The translations under genes and the position numbers were made by a program. 64,000 nucleotides of DNA from assembly GCF_009914755.1 (NCBI RefSeq), contig NC_060929.1. One strand, written 5' to 3'. The stretch's first letter is position 1. The number at the start of each line of letters is the position of its first letter. Below the pieces are notes generated by a model that was given only the letters and a program-made list of their open reading frames with translations, had not been told where the DNA came from and did no database searches. Below are positions 42,091-60,662 of the stretch, in pieces. Source of the stretch: the human T2T-CHM13v2.0 reference genome, Homo sapiens.

Positions 42091-43677
42091 GGATGAAAAA
42101 GCTATCTCCAGACATCAGGGGGTTTTGGTGATGTTTTTGTTTTTGTTTTTTACTTCAAATAGACTTGGTTTCTGAGTGCTCAGTAAACAAAGAATTATTA
42201 CCTGCCTAATCCCAAAACCCCTGGCCTGTAGACAGTGCTAATAAGGGCTGCTACTTCATACTGCACAATGCCTGCCTAGGAAAAGTCACACCTCCTACCA
42301 TTGATGGGATTTTTTGGGTGCCTATTAAAATGTCAGTTGATCTTAGAGTGGAAGTTCTTTCTACATCATTTAGCACAACCTGGAAGGTCAGATTAATGTG
42401 GCAGCCAGCTTTCCCTTGGCAGTTACTTCCTTATTACTTCCCTGCCCCTCACTTGTTCTCAGAAATGTTACATCACAATAAATGTCGTTAAAAAGAGCAA
42501 ACAAACCACTGCTACTCGCTTGGGATGCAGATGCTGTAATCTGGGAGGGGCATTCTCACAGCTGCCGACACCAAGACTGATAATACAGATCAAAGCGGCC
42601 ATCTCTGGGCCCATTGTGATATTAACAGGTTGAACCTTCTCCATAGGTGGACACCCAGCATCAGCACTGGCACCAACCTAGGCACAGGGAGGAGAGGCAG
42701 GATATGTCTAAGGCAGACCGCCTTCCTTTTGAGGGCTAAAATTGGTAAATAACAAAATGAACCCCCCGCCCATGTTCAGTGGTATGTAGTGAAGACAGCA
42801 TAACTCCAAATCCTGTGTAATTTATTGACATGGTGAGACGCAGAATGCATCCTCGTTATCAAGGAATGCCTGCTTCTCCCGCTGAATGCAAAGCAGCCAC
42901 CTGGAGCCTCTGACAGCTCTTACTTGCTGTTGTGCTGAATGGAGCATATTAGCTAATGAGGAAGTGCTGCATTGCATTTGCAGGCCCTGGGAGCTCAGAG
43001 CAGCTCAGTTTTGAGCCCAGATGTGGTTGTCTGCTTGAAAATTGGGGCTCCTCTGGTACATTCAGTCTCTGGAGCCAAAGATCTTAGTTCTGCCTTTGTA
43101 AGTTGGGAGTTTAGGTAAGACTCCCCAAATTGATGTGATAAGACTTCCACAAACGGCTTGTAAGATCTGACTGTTCCACACCACCCCCACAAAGAATGAG
43201 GCTGTGATCATTATTAAAGTTTCCCCAAAGAGAAAACTAGCCTGTTACATCAGCACAAGTCCCTGGACAGAAAAGAAATCAGGGTCTAGATGAAAGAAAA
43301 TTGGACAGGAGATAGAAAATTATCGAACCAATTTCCCATCATCCTTTTAGCTTTCTCCTTTCCTCCTCCAGCATGGTTAGTTTGGACTTTATTTGTACTC
43401 AGAAGGGCCAAGAGCCATGCAACAAAGTCATAAAGATCGAACTCCTGTTATGTGCAATCAAACCACCTGCCCTCCCCTCACAAGGGGCTGCCAGAGAGGT
43501 TTGGCTGCACTTTCCTCTGGAGCATCCTCAGCCTAGAAAGAGAAAGGAGGCAAGAGATTGGCCAGGGAGGGGAGGATATTGATTACATGTGTGAGGATCA
43601 TAGGAATGCAGGTTGAGTTTGGTCATCAAAATACAATATTTGAGACCTCAGAGAAATTCTGGGGGCTCATGGATTTT

Positions 43678-44650
43678 AACTTTTTATTTTTGAAATAATT
43701 TCAGACTTTTATAAATGTTTGCTAAAACAGTGCAAAGAGTTCCTGTAAACTCTCCCACTAGGTTCCCCAAAAGTTAACATTTTACCAGGTTCATTTTTAT
43801 TTTTTCTGGACCATTTGAGTGTAAGTTGGAGACTAAATGCTCACTTATCCCTAAACATTTCAGTGTGTATTTTTTAAAAATAAGAATATGCTCTTACATA
43901 ACCATAATAAAATCATGTTGATATAGTACTATTAACTAGTCTACAGGTCTTATTCAATTGCCCTTCTATTTTTTAATTGTCCTGTTTTCCCTTATAGAAA
44001 AATTATTTCAAAAGTCTTTTCTAGGACCCCTTTCAAGACCACATCTTGCATATAGTTGTCATACCTCTTTAGTTTCCTTTAATGTGGAACAGTTCCTCAA
44101 GATTCATTTTCTTTCATGGTCTTGGAATTTTGAATATTATAAGCCATTTATTTTATGGAATGTCTCTCAATTTGTGTTTGTTGTTTCTTCATCATTAGAT
44201 TCAGGGTTTAGAGTAGGAGTAGGGGGCTTGGCAGTAACGGATGATAACCGGTAGAATGAAATAGGAATCCCTGAGCCTATACTGACATAAATAAATAAAT
44301 GTAGGAGAAGGAAAAGCTCTCCCTTATGGTCAAGTGCCAACCTCTGAGTGTAAAAGGAATTATGGAATTAAAAAAAATAATTTGGCAACCATTCAGTAGT
44401 AATTGGTTCAGGCAATAACCATGAATGAATATTAAAACTAGTGGATGAAAGCTTGAAAAGTCTCAGAATATCTCCTCACAAGATACTTATTAGTCACTGA
44501 AGGAAAAAGAAATCACAACTTTACAGTACCAAACACCTTAACCAAAACACCAAAGTTAGCATCACAAGCAATGAGGAAACAGATACTGTGTACCTCCTGA
44601 TATGATGCACTCAGAAGACCACAGCATCTCTTCTGGGAGAAGATAAATTT
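43678..44650. mobile_element. Old L1MC/MD-type 3' fragments, apparently in opposite orientations (about 43678-44200 and 44240-44650)
   Basis: ttttattttgaaataatttcagact...ctcttacataaccat; then ataggaatccctgag...ggaaaagctctccctta...acaagatacttatta. Confidence 0.6.
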
Positions 44651-46966
44651 CTGCCCAAAAGATGTTAAGAATTCTGAAGAACTATAGTTCTTCCCAGCTG
44701 CATTCGCACACAACAGACTCTGAAATCCTTTTTACCTTACAGAGCCTGCCTTGGTCATCTTCCCAGGAGGAGTTCATGACAACTGGGATGCAGAAGAGAG
44801 CAAATGATCTGCTGGGATGGAAACTGCTCAATGGAGAGTTTGTGGACTGCATGATATTCCTTGAACATCAGGGATGGTACAGGGATACCAATAGTCTGGC
44901 CTCCAAGACAGGAGAGTAATAGGAGGAAGAGCAAATCTGTCTTCACCTGCAGTATTAATGGGTGGTGGGCCAGAATGGAGGAAAGCAAGTGAGTCATGTG
45001 CTGCTACAGGTTACACCAAACTCCCATCCCTCTGTTACTCACTGCTGTTGTCAAAGCCAAACTTTATCTTGCTAATTTCTCACAGCTTGGCACCTAACAA
45101 ATGACAAGGCAGGACATCCAATGCCTTCGAGCTCTGTGGTCTGGCCTGTCTCTCCAGATCAGATTTAGAGTGAGGTAGCAGATGACATAATATTCTCTTT
45201 GGTGTTCAATCCGAAGAGGCCAATGCTTCAGCACAATGTCCCCTAGCCATCACCCCCAGCCCGACTCCCCACCAAGCATCCTGCATCCCTCTGCCACATC
45301 TTCATTCTTTTCCATTCTGTCTTTTCCCCGATACCTTCTGACCCCAGGGATTTCTAATAGAGCATAATGATCAAGAAAATAAAGACCTGGTACATAAAGA
45401 GTCTCAGAAAAAAAATCCATGATGTTATATGAAAGATACCAAACTGCAATGCTTACAAAGAGGCTATTTCAAGTAGAAAGATATAAATATCACTTATAAC
45501 CATGCATCCTTTATGTTCATAAATAAGTCATCATAAAGAACAAGCCATTAGAAGACATTCTAATCCTTGTTTTTTAAAAAAAGACTATAATCTAAGATAC
45601 AATTCTAAAATTACTGTGCTAACCTGCAAGAGACATTGCTCACATAAATGAAATTCATATATACCGTGATGTTATTTGAACCATATATTTTCATCTTCTC
45701 CTCCTCTCTTAAGACATCAATAAGAATTTGATTTTTAAAGGCACATGCTGCTCTGATTATCAAAGACAATAACACAAATGCAGCATCACTGGGATATGTC
45801 GGTTGTTTTAAAGTTCAGATCCTAATTTTACTGAGGAAGCATCCTCAGTTTTTCATCCAGCCCTGCTTGTAAACAGGATCCAGCATCAGCCAGACCATGA
45901 GCAGAGTAAGGATTGCATCTGGAGGTTACAGAAATGTTTTCTTCTATGTGAAGCTATCACATGCAGGGGTTAAACAGGCAGTCATCTTTTAATGCGATGA
46001 ATAATTTGGACTTCTTAGCCACACCCTTGTCTCGGTTAACCACAGGAGGAGGTGACAATACACCACAAGAAGCCCCAGAGTTCTGGCTTTATCTGCCAAG
46101 TGGTAGGTGAGAAGGGAAGAGGTGGGATTGAGCACACTGGCTATTTATACCTTGTCTTCAAAGCCCTCTTAGTCACATTTCCATCTTCATGCATTGGCTT
46201 CTGCCTTACAATTGAGCAATAGGAAACCACCACTCCTAATTTTTGCACGTGCTGCTTTTTAAGTCTCTGGGAACTTTCCATGAGGTATAGTGGAGGGTTT
46301 CATAAGGATTTAGCTCTTCCTTCGAACCTGCTTGGCCGATAAACCAGATATTTTTTTAAAACACAGCATACAGATTCCAAATGATCAAGGATCAAAAAGT
46401 GTTGGGGATGTCAGGAAGGATGCAAGGATGGGCTTGAATGATCACAATGAGTCAACCCAGAAATGTGCAGTAGAATAGTTTGCTAATGGTGACATCTGAG
46501 TTGCATCTCCCGGAAATATTGTTTCTTATTATTACACTTTGGGTCGGGGGAAGGGGTGTTAAGGGTAAAAAGAGGAAGGAGCAAATAGATAAAGAGAAAA
46601 ATTCATGCCTCCAGGAAACATAAGCAGAAAAACTATAGACTCTTGTGTCTCTGCTTATTTTTTTAAGTACAGTGTTTTTAATAGACCAAAGAGAATCTCT
46701 ATGAGTTAATATGTATGTGAATAATGTTTATAAAAGGGGTATAATGTGTTAGTCATTATGGAATATTGTATAAATAAACCTTCCATATATAAAACATATA
46801 AAAAATGATTGCTTAGGGCAGTGGACACTTAAGGACTTCCAAACCTTTCATATCTTCATCCCAAAAAATAGAGCGTTCCAGGGCTGGCAACTTATTTCCT
46901 TAGTATATTCCACTGTAAAGCCAAGAGGTGTGGGGGCTTGTTTTCTGGTTTTGTAATTTGTAATAA

Positions 46967-47382
<416 letters not shown>

Positions 47383-48031
47383 TGGAATTTTCTAGTAAGA
47401 AGAAAAACATACAGAATATGTCTTCACTGTTGGGTAACTCTCAAATTTGTAGCAATCCAGATTTTTTGTAAAACTGTGCTAATGGGATATTTAATGTCAG
47501 AGTTATTGTCTCTCACTTCAATATCTAGTACTGGATAATGTTTCTCCTGGGAGCACGTATTTTTTTTTCAAGTCCTTTTTTCCTGGACTTAACATGTTCT
47601 TCTAGAAGACACCAGAAGTCATGACCCTAAGCCCCCTCCCTTCAGGACCACTTTCTACCATCGGTTTTCAAAAAACTATCCACATGTTAATTCTGTTTTA
47701 TGTTCTGTGATTCTGTGGTAGACTCAGTGCTTTCAGAGTCCAGAGCTTGACTTGGGTTAGTGGCCTTAATGAAGTGCTAAATTTGCTCTTTACCGCGAGA
47801 CTGATCAGAAGAAGCAAAAGGGGAAAGGGGGCTAGAGGTCCACTCGCACCTTTTACATCAGACAAGAGGAGGACTGTGCCAGAAATCTGTGCATGAAACA
47901 CCATCTGCTCTTCATGCAGGGAGGGGTCAACCGTGTGAACGTGCAGAGATTACTCGAGCCTTCTTTGCCAAAAATATGCATTCTTCCCAGCTGTAAGCGT
48001 GTGAAGCCAAATATGTCTTTTAGCATGAAAC

Positions 48032-48037
48032 AATAAA
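48032..48037 (+). terminator. SH3RF2: Candidate distal poly(A) signal of a long SH3RF2 isoform
   Basis: AATAAA followed by T-rich sequence (T run at about 48080-48091) at the end of a unique, UTR-like stretch. Confidence 0.45.
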
Positions 48038-48804
48038 AACATGTTTATTTTCACTTAATAGGTTATTCCCCAGGCCTGGATTTTTTTTTTTCAGTAGTTG
48101 ATTTGGAGAGGGCAACACTTCATCATAAATTGTCAACAGTGAGCATTTGATTTCTCCCAAAGGGGTTTAACTCCTGGCAGCTGCTCTGGACATCCAAAAG
48201 GGAGGGTTGGGAGGAGAGGAAATCACTTTGACGGATGGGAATTGCTAAGTTTCAGTGGAGGTAGGTGGAGAAACAGGCAAGAAACACTTCCTTTTAATGC
48301 TCAGCAGGCTGAATTCCCCTCTGTGGAGCAAACTCTGGTTTGTACAACCATGAGGGCCCACAAAGGCCTCTTGGCTGGAAGTCTTCTCTGCCTGATGAGT
48401 GCAAAGGTTAGGTGCACAGCCTCAAGTGCCTGATTTCCTGTGTTGCCAGCTGTTTAGCCTTGGGTAAGTTACCTAACCTCTCTGTGGCTCAGATCCCTTT
48501 TCTAGAAAATGGAGATATAATAGCACCTTTCTAAGGGATGTTAAGGATAAATTTCTTAAAACATGTAGAGTGCTTTGAAGAGTGCCTGGCACATATAAGT
48601 GCTTCATAAAATTAGTATTTTACCACCTTCACAATGTTTGCCATATCCATCTATTGCCTGTGTTATTATTTACTTAAAATTCTTATTTTAATTGACTCAG
48701 TTTTCTTTTTTGAGGTGGGGGCAACTTCATCTCTAGTATCAACTTTCATCTAGAATTTAATTTAAAGGAAAACTTTATGTTCCAATAGTAAATTAGTAAA
48801 ATTT

Positions 48805-49087
48805 GGCCAGGTACAGTGGCTCACACCTGTAATCCCAGCACTTTTGGAGGCCAAGGCAGGTGGATCGCTTGAGCCCAGGAGTTCGAGACCAGCCTAGGCA
48901 ACATGGCAAAACCCTGTCTCTACTAAAAACACAAAACTTAGCCAGTTGTGGGGGCACACGCCTATAATCCCAGCTACTCTGAGGCACAAGAATTACTTGA
49001 ACCCAGGAAATGGAGGTTGCAGTAAGCCAAGGTCATGCCACTGCACTACAGCCTGGGCAACAGAGCAAGATTCAGTCTCAAAAAAAA
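48805..49087 (+). mobile_element. Alu (J/S-type)
   Basis: Alu dimer with poly(A). Confidence 0.9.
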
Positions 49088-49394
49088 GGAAAATTAGTAT
49101 CATTTTCCACAAATATAAAGTAGCCATAAAACAGTAATCACACTTATTGAGTCCATCCTACCTGCCAGGCAGTGTGCTAAATGTCTTGATGTACAATTCT
49201 CATGCCCTGCAAAGTCAGTACTATCACCATCTCACTTTCCGGATAAGGAAACTGAAACAGAGAGAGGTTAGCAAGTTTGCCTATGGTTGTGTAATTAGTA
49301 AACAGAGGAGGCATTTCAGGCTGCAGAACCCAGGTTCTTTGGCACTGTTCGGTGCTGCTGCCCTAACAAAAACATCTACCAAACATGGTAGATG

Positions 49395-49832
49395 GTCACT
49401 TCTTAGGGCTGCTAAAATAAATGATCACAAACTGGGTAGCTTATTCTGTCACGGTCTGGAGGCTAGAAGTCCAGTATTAAGATGTTGGCAGGGCCATGCT
49501 CCCTCCAAAATCTCTGAGGGAGGATTTTCTCTTGCCTCTTCCAACCTCTGGTAGCCCCAGGCATTCCTGGGCTTGTGGCAGCATCACTCCCATCTCTGCC
49601 TTTGTCTTCACATACCCGTCTTCCCTCTGTGTCTCTATCTTTGTGTCTTTTCTCCTCTTCTTGTAAGGACACCAGTCATACTGGATTAGGACCCACCCTG
49701 AAGATCTCATTTTAAACTAGTTACAACGGCAAAGACCCTATTTCCAGATAAAATCGTGTTCACAGTTACCAGGGGTTAAGACTTCAACATATCTTTTGAT
49801 GGAGGAGTGGGAGGTGGGGAACACAATTCCAC
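49395..49832 (-). mobile_element. MaLR solo LTR (MLT1B/C-type)
   Basis: agggctgct...cacaaactgggtagctt...ggcagggccatgctccctc...aggacaccagtcatactggattagg...aaagaccctatttcca. Confidence 0.85.
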
Positions 49833-50208
49833 CTATAGCTGTTGCTGCCTGAGGTTTTGAACCTGGGGCCTGAAGAAGATTTCTAAGTGTTACAGAAGTG
49901 TTCAAGATGAGCACCAACCTGAGACTTTCTCCTTCAAGCAATCAGACCTGAAGAGTTGGGACAAGGGAAAGACAATGGCTGATGTGTTTCAGTGACATTT
50001 CCAGCCAGTCCAGATGCTACCTAAAGTTAGCCACCTCCTGCCCCATCCCTGATACTCTGAGGAAGGTGGCTTGACATAAGAAAGCCACATAACAACTCCT
50101 CCAGCTTCTCAGACATCCCTCATGAAAGGATGGCAGTAGAAATCTGGAGGGGGAAAAGCAAGCTTCCAAAACTCCAGCAGGGGAGGGGAGGCACAAAACT
50201 CACCTCTA

Positions 50209-50483
50209 GGCTGGGCGCGATGGCTCACGTCTGTAATCCCAGCACTTTGAGAGGCTGAGGCGTGTGGATCACCTGAGGTCAGGAGTTCAAGTCCAGCCTG
50301 GCCAACATGGTGAAACGCCGTCTCTACTAAAAATGCAAAAATTAGCCAGGTGTGTTGGTACATGCCTGTAATCCCAGCTACTCAGGAGGCTGAGACAGGA
50401 GAATTGCTTGAAGGCAAGATGGCGCCACTGCACTCCAGCCTGGGTGACAGAGCCAAGACTCTGTCTCAAAAAATAAACAAACA
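50209..50483 (+). mobile_element. AluS with internal deletion and TSD aaaactcacctcta(g)
   Basis: Direct repeats at about 50195-50208 and 50487-50500. Confidence 0.92.
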
Positions 50484-50610
50484 AGAAAACTCACCTCTAG
50501 ATCTGCTTTATATGGCTGGACTGGAATAGCAAATTCAGACAAATGATAAAGTCATCAACAGGGAAATGTGTAAAGAAAGAAGAACAGTAGAGACAGTAGG
50601 GGGGAAATCA

Positions 50611-50616
50611 TTTATT
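50611..50616 (-). terminator. PLAC8L1: Probable PLAC8L1 poly(A) signal
   Basis: TTTATT on + (AATAAA on -), about 100 nt past the PLAC8L1 stop. Confidence 0.7.
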
Positions 50617-50715
50617 TTCATACCATTTCAGTAAAAACTTAGGAAAAAGCAATTGTTCCACTGAGAGGTTTGAGAGGAGGGTGTTGGGGAGTAAGGAGGA
50701 GGAGTTATCTTGCTG

Positions 50716-50856
50716 TCAAACCAGGGTGTCCTTAGTCATTGGGACTGCACAGATTTCATAGACTTGGGAGGTCCTCATCTTGAGTTCCCGGGCCACCTGG
50801 CAGATGGAAAAAGCCCAACAGCAGTGCACCGCCAGCCAGTCTTCACACAGTGTGCC
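50716..50856 (-). CDS. PLAC8L1: PLAC8L1 last coding exon, GTLCEDWLAVHCCWAFSICQVARELKMRTSQVYEICAVPMTKDTLV*
   Basis: Minus-strand acceptor tcttgccctag|; 141 nt to TGA; PLAC8-family C-terminal motif (D...HCC...CQ.AREL); missing from the ORF track. Confidence 0.94.
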   Translation of the reverse strand, partial: GTLCEDWLAVHCCWAFSICQVARELKMRTSQVYEICAVPMTKDTLV

Positions 50857-51418
50857 CTAGGGCAAGACCAGAATCTGTTCTGTTGTAGTCACACAGGCTC
50901 ATTTTTCTTCCCCAGGGTCCTGTACAATGTTACCTCCTGGCCCTTCAACCACAGCTTCCAAGGTTCACCAACATCCTTAAGCCAATGCCCAGGGACACTA
51001 AGTTGCATAAGTGCCAAGCAGCTGAATTGCTAATCAATGCCTGCGATTCAGAGCGCTGCCCTTAGGACCTCTGATATGGGCCTTTATAATTGAACCACTG
51101 ATTTCTCTATCAACTTCTTGGTTCTTTCTCTTAGAACCTAATATTTATAATTATTTATTTCTTTGGAGTAGGTAATAAGTGAACATGGACTAAAATTTCA
51201 GTGTAAGAAGGGATAGGAAGCAAAAAGTAAATCCCTCTCTCCAGCTGTCCCCAGCCATCCAGTTGCCTGCCTGGAAGTAATCATTGTTACCAGTTTCTTG
51301 TAACCACTTCCAGATACATTCTATGTCTACATAAACATATACATATATAGTCTTAAAATAGTTCCATACTTCTGTGCCTTACTTTTTTTTTTTTTCCACT
51401 TAAAAATACATCAGTCTG

Positions 51419-51545
51419 GGCCAGGCATGGTGGCTCACACCTGTAATCGCAGCACTTTGGGAGCCCAAGGTGGGCGGATCACTTGAGGGCAGGACTTTGA
51501 GAACAGCCTGGCCAACATGGCAAAACCCCATCTCTACTAAAATAA
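51419..51545 (+). mobile_element. Alu left-arm fragment in the last PLAC8L1 intron
   Basis: Alu 5' consensus ending at ctctactaaaataa. Confidence 0.87.
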
Positions 51546-51743
51546 TATGGTATTTTAGTTAACTTATATTTCCTGGTAAAGAATAAAATTTTTAAATGTA
51601 TTTCCTTTCTCAAAGTTTCCCACTAAGCATGGTATGTTTCAACATCCTCACCCACCCTTCTTTTATTTGGAAAATCACAGGTTTGGAAGGCATCTAGGTT
51701 TTCATACAGATTCGGGTTCACGTATACCTTCAAACACACTTAC

Positions 51744-51880
51744 CTGTATTTTATGTCTCTCCCTGGTGCCAATTCTCAGTGCAAAGGTGGACCCAGGTAA
51801 CAACGGCCAACAAAGACACTCTCCATAATGCCTGGCGATGTCACACTCAAGACACATAGGACAGAATAGACCACAGAAAC
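51744..51880 (-). CDS. PLAC8L1: PLAC8L1 penultimate coding exon, (C)FCGLFCPMCLECDIARHYGECLCWPLLPGSTFALRIGTRERHKIQ
   Basis: Minus-strand acceptor ttattgacag| and donor CAG|gtaagt; 137 nt; Cys-rich PLAC8 (DUF614) CxxxxCPxC motif; lies within ORF 51702..51944. I did not find the upstream exons in this window. Confidence 0.95.
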
Positions 51881-52272
51881 CTGTCAATAACCACATCCAA
51901 AAAGCCAAGGTTCTCAGATTTCTTGGAGCAACTTCACATCTCAAAGAATATTTACAACATTATGCCACCAGTTTAATGCTGCACTGTCTCCCTGCTATCA
52001 GACTGAGAATAAATAACCAATTCCCAAAACTCATTGTATGAAAATTGCCATAACTGAGCCACATCAAAATTGCCTTCTTTTGTTAAACACTGGCAAAGAT
52101 GAACCTGATACAATTCTGTTAGCATTGACTATGGTAATTGTTTTGTTCCTGTTAAGAGAAAAAGCATCAAATAATTTTTTTACATTTGAATCATAACTGT
52201 TGCTTTCATTATGTTCATCTATCTAATTTCAATATTTAAAATAAACATGGTATACAGGATATTTTTGAATAA

Positions 52273-52616
<344 letters not shown>

Positions 52617-52854
52617 GAAAGGTCTTTTATAGTACACTGATTCTGCCTCCTATTCTTATCAGGGCTTTATTCTATTTCTCAGACCAAGTTATTCAAATTT
52701 ATGTTAGTGTCTTGGAGCCACTGACATCTGCCAGTTTTAATCTGCAGATTATTAGGGGCTTGGTTCCTTGAACATCAACTGTAAACAATTTGTCATTAGT
52801 TCACTCATCTTTACTGATATTGTTTTCTACATATTCTGCATGAACCTTCCAACA

Positions 52855-53040
52855 CAGAGGTTCTATTCTAAATATGTTTTGGGTCACAGACCATTTTGAG
52901 AGTACAATGATAGCTATGAACTCAGTCCACAAGGGAAAAGAAAACTACATGCACATAGACATGCAAAATTGTGCATTCAATTTCACGGAGTTCATGTATC
53001 CATTGAAAATTATTAACAGACCACAGGTTAAGAACCCCTG
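52855..53040. mobile_element. hAT-Charlie-type MITE
   Basis: Terminal inverted repeats cagaggttct...agaacccctg; internal gggtcacagaccattttgag. Confidence 0.6.
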
Positions 53041-53159
53041 ATATACAGTTAAGATGTTATGTCATCTAGCATCATAAAAGATGACAACTCTGATGAATGC
53101 AAATAATTAGGACTGTGAAACAGCAAAAATTCCAAGCTAACCATAATCTCTGAAAATTT

Positions 53160-54650
<1,491 letters not shown>

Positions 54651-55634
54651 GTGCACCAGACACGAAGGCTCACATACCATGACATCAGCACACTGAAGAA
54701 CTTCCTGACAATGGTCTGTCTCTGGCTACCCCTTGTTCTCCCACAGTGAGCACTTCAAAGTCCCACTCCCAAATTCAGTGACAAAGAGGCAAAAAACTAG
54801 GAATTCTGTATCTTAGACTCTCCAAGGCTCCAGGACTCTGGACTTCAGCTTCAAATAGTGGATGAAGTAGCACAAGCATACAAAGGGCATGAGGGATGGG
54901 GGCAGAGAAGGAACATCTATTTCATCTATTTGGAAGTCTCAAGATAGTCACTCAATCATCTACTGTAGACATCTCTTGGCCCAAAGCAAACTCTGAATTC
55001 AGTCTCAAATAAGACTGGGATATTTCACCCTACATTTAAAAAGTAATCTCAAGTAGATCAGCAGGCCCCACCCAGCCCAGATACCTGGTATGAACAGCTT
55101 AGAGGACAGCAAATGGTCCAGTAAATTTACTGAGAGTACAGAGTACTCACACTGTATGCAACCTTGAATTAGGGGATTTTGAAATCAATGGCACATAAAA
55201 ATCAATCAACTCTCACTTTATGAGTGGATTACAAAATAGTGTAAATCCCTGTAAATAAAAAAAATTAATCAAAACTTGCTTAATTGTAAAGCTGGCAAAC
55301 TAAGTGACTAATAAATAGTGTTTACACAATTGCCTCAGCTGCACCTCTTTAACTGATAAAGAGAAATGCCCACCATTCTCAATAAGTATATTGTACAGAA
55401 ATTGTTTAAGTGCATTTGAACTCTTGCACCATATTTTTATGACTCATATGCTTTTTAAAAAAAACACACGCTTTTGTTTTTATTTTTAATCTTTTTGTCA
55501 TATAATCATGTTATCTAAGTGTTCATTAGGAGGTAGTACTAGATGCTGAAAGAAACATACCTCAAATTCAATTACTGTACTTTGAAGAAGAAATCAGATG
55601 TGATTTTTAAAAAACACTATGAAGAATGAATTTT

Positions 55635-55880
55635 TATTATATAATAGCTCATATTTATACAGAGTTCACTATGTACCAAGCCCTGTTAAAATCACTCTGC
55701 ACTTATTAACTCATTTAATCTTTGCAACAATCCTATAGGTATTCTTCTTATCCCCATTTTACAGATGAGGATACTGAGGCCCAGAAGATTTGAGTAATTT
55801 GTCCAAATTCACACAATCATCAGTGAAAGGCAGAGGAGAGATTGAACTCAGGTAGTCTGGTCCCAAAGTCTGAACTACTA
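55635..55880 (-). mobile_element. MIR
   Basis: attaactcatttaatc...ccccattttacagatgaggatactgaggcccaga. Confidence 0.8.
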
Positions 55881-55935
55881 TACATATTACTATATGTTCT
55901 CATGTTTTATGTATTTATCTATTATGCCACAGTAG

Positions 55936-59139
<3,204 letters not shown>

Positions 59140-60337
59140 TTAGCTCCAGATATGTTGATATGGTCTGATCACCTAGGTATGTTTTTTTTTCCTTTTATAC
59201 TTCTTTCAGAAGAATGTGATGTGAGATATATTATTAAATTAAAATAAGCCAAAGGTACTAGACAGTATGTGTTTACAGTGCTACCACTTGTATAAATTAT
59301 ACACACACACACACATATAAGCAAAACATCTAGAAGGATAGATACCAAAATATTAACAATATTTATCTCCAAGAGCTGGGATTACAGGATGCTGTTTTTT
59401 CTTTTATAGTTTTTTGCATTTTTCTTTTTTATAATTATTATATAATACTTTTATAATTAAACATCTATTTTAACTTTTTAGATTTCTATATCTGTATAAG
59501 TATATAGACTATATGTGGACTCAAGTAAAGGTATTTGACTCTGAAGAGAAAAACCAGGTGGATAGAGAGCAAGGATGGAGTACTACTTGCTTTTCATATA
59601 CAAAAAAGGTAGGTACTTTTGAATTCTGCATTATGTGCATGGCAGTCTTTACAAAATAATTTTTTAAGGTGCTGAACTGGGTCCAAAGGAAATGAGCCCT
59701 CCTCCCTGGAAGTGCTCAGAAAGTCGAGGCTGTCGGGTCTTTGCCACGCACGTTGCAGAGGGGATTTACGCAAACAGATGGGGGACCAGACAAGCTGACT
59801 CGCAATATCCCTTCTAACTCTGAGGCTCTGAGTTTTTCAATTAAATTTGACAAAGAAGCAAATGAGAATACAAGTTAAAATTCATTTATGTGTTATCCAG
59901 CAAATATGTTTAAGTGCCTCCTATGGTCTAAATGCTCTGCTGGGCGTCAGAGCATTGAACAAGAAAACTGGTCCCTGCTTCAGGGAGTCTACAGGTTACC
60001 TGAGATGCAGTGTGGGGACATGAATCCCAGTCCAATGCCTTCTCATGCCTCCTTCCTTTTCCAGAAAACCAGGGAAAATTCTGGCTTGCTTTCTTCTTCC
60101 TACCTTGGGTATCTACTAGTTCCTAGTACACATCAGTCTCTTTACTGCCTGGTGCTTACAATGCTCGCTACAGGGAAGCTGTTTGAGCGGCTGACTCTTT
60201 CCTATCTTTCAGGTAACAGCTGAAGTCAGCTCCTCAGAGAGACTGTCCTTTACCCCATTCTCCTATAATTTCCTTTCATAACACTCTGTTTAATTTCTTC
60301 ATGGCATTTATCACAACTGCAATTATTTTGTTTATAG

Positions 60338-60662
<325 letters not shown>

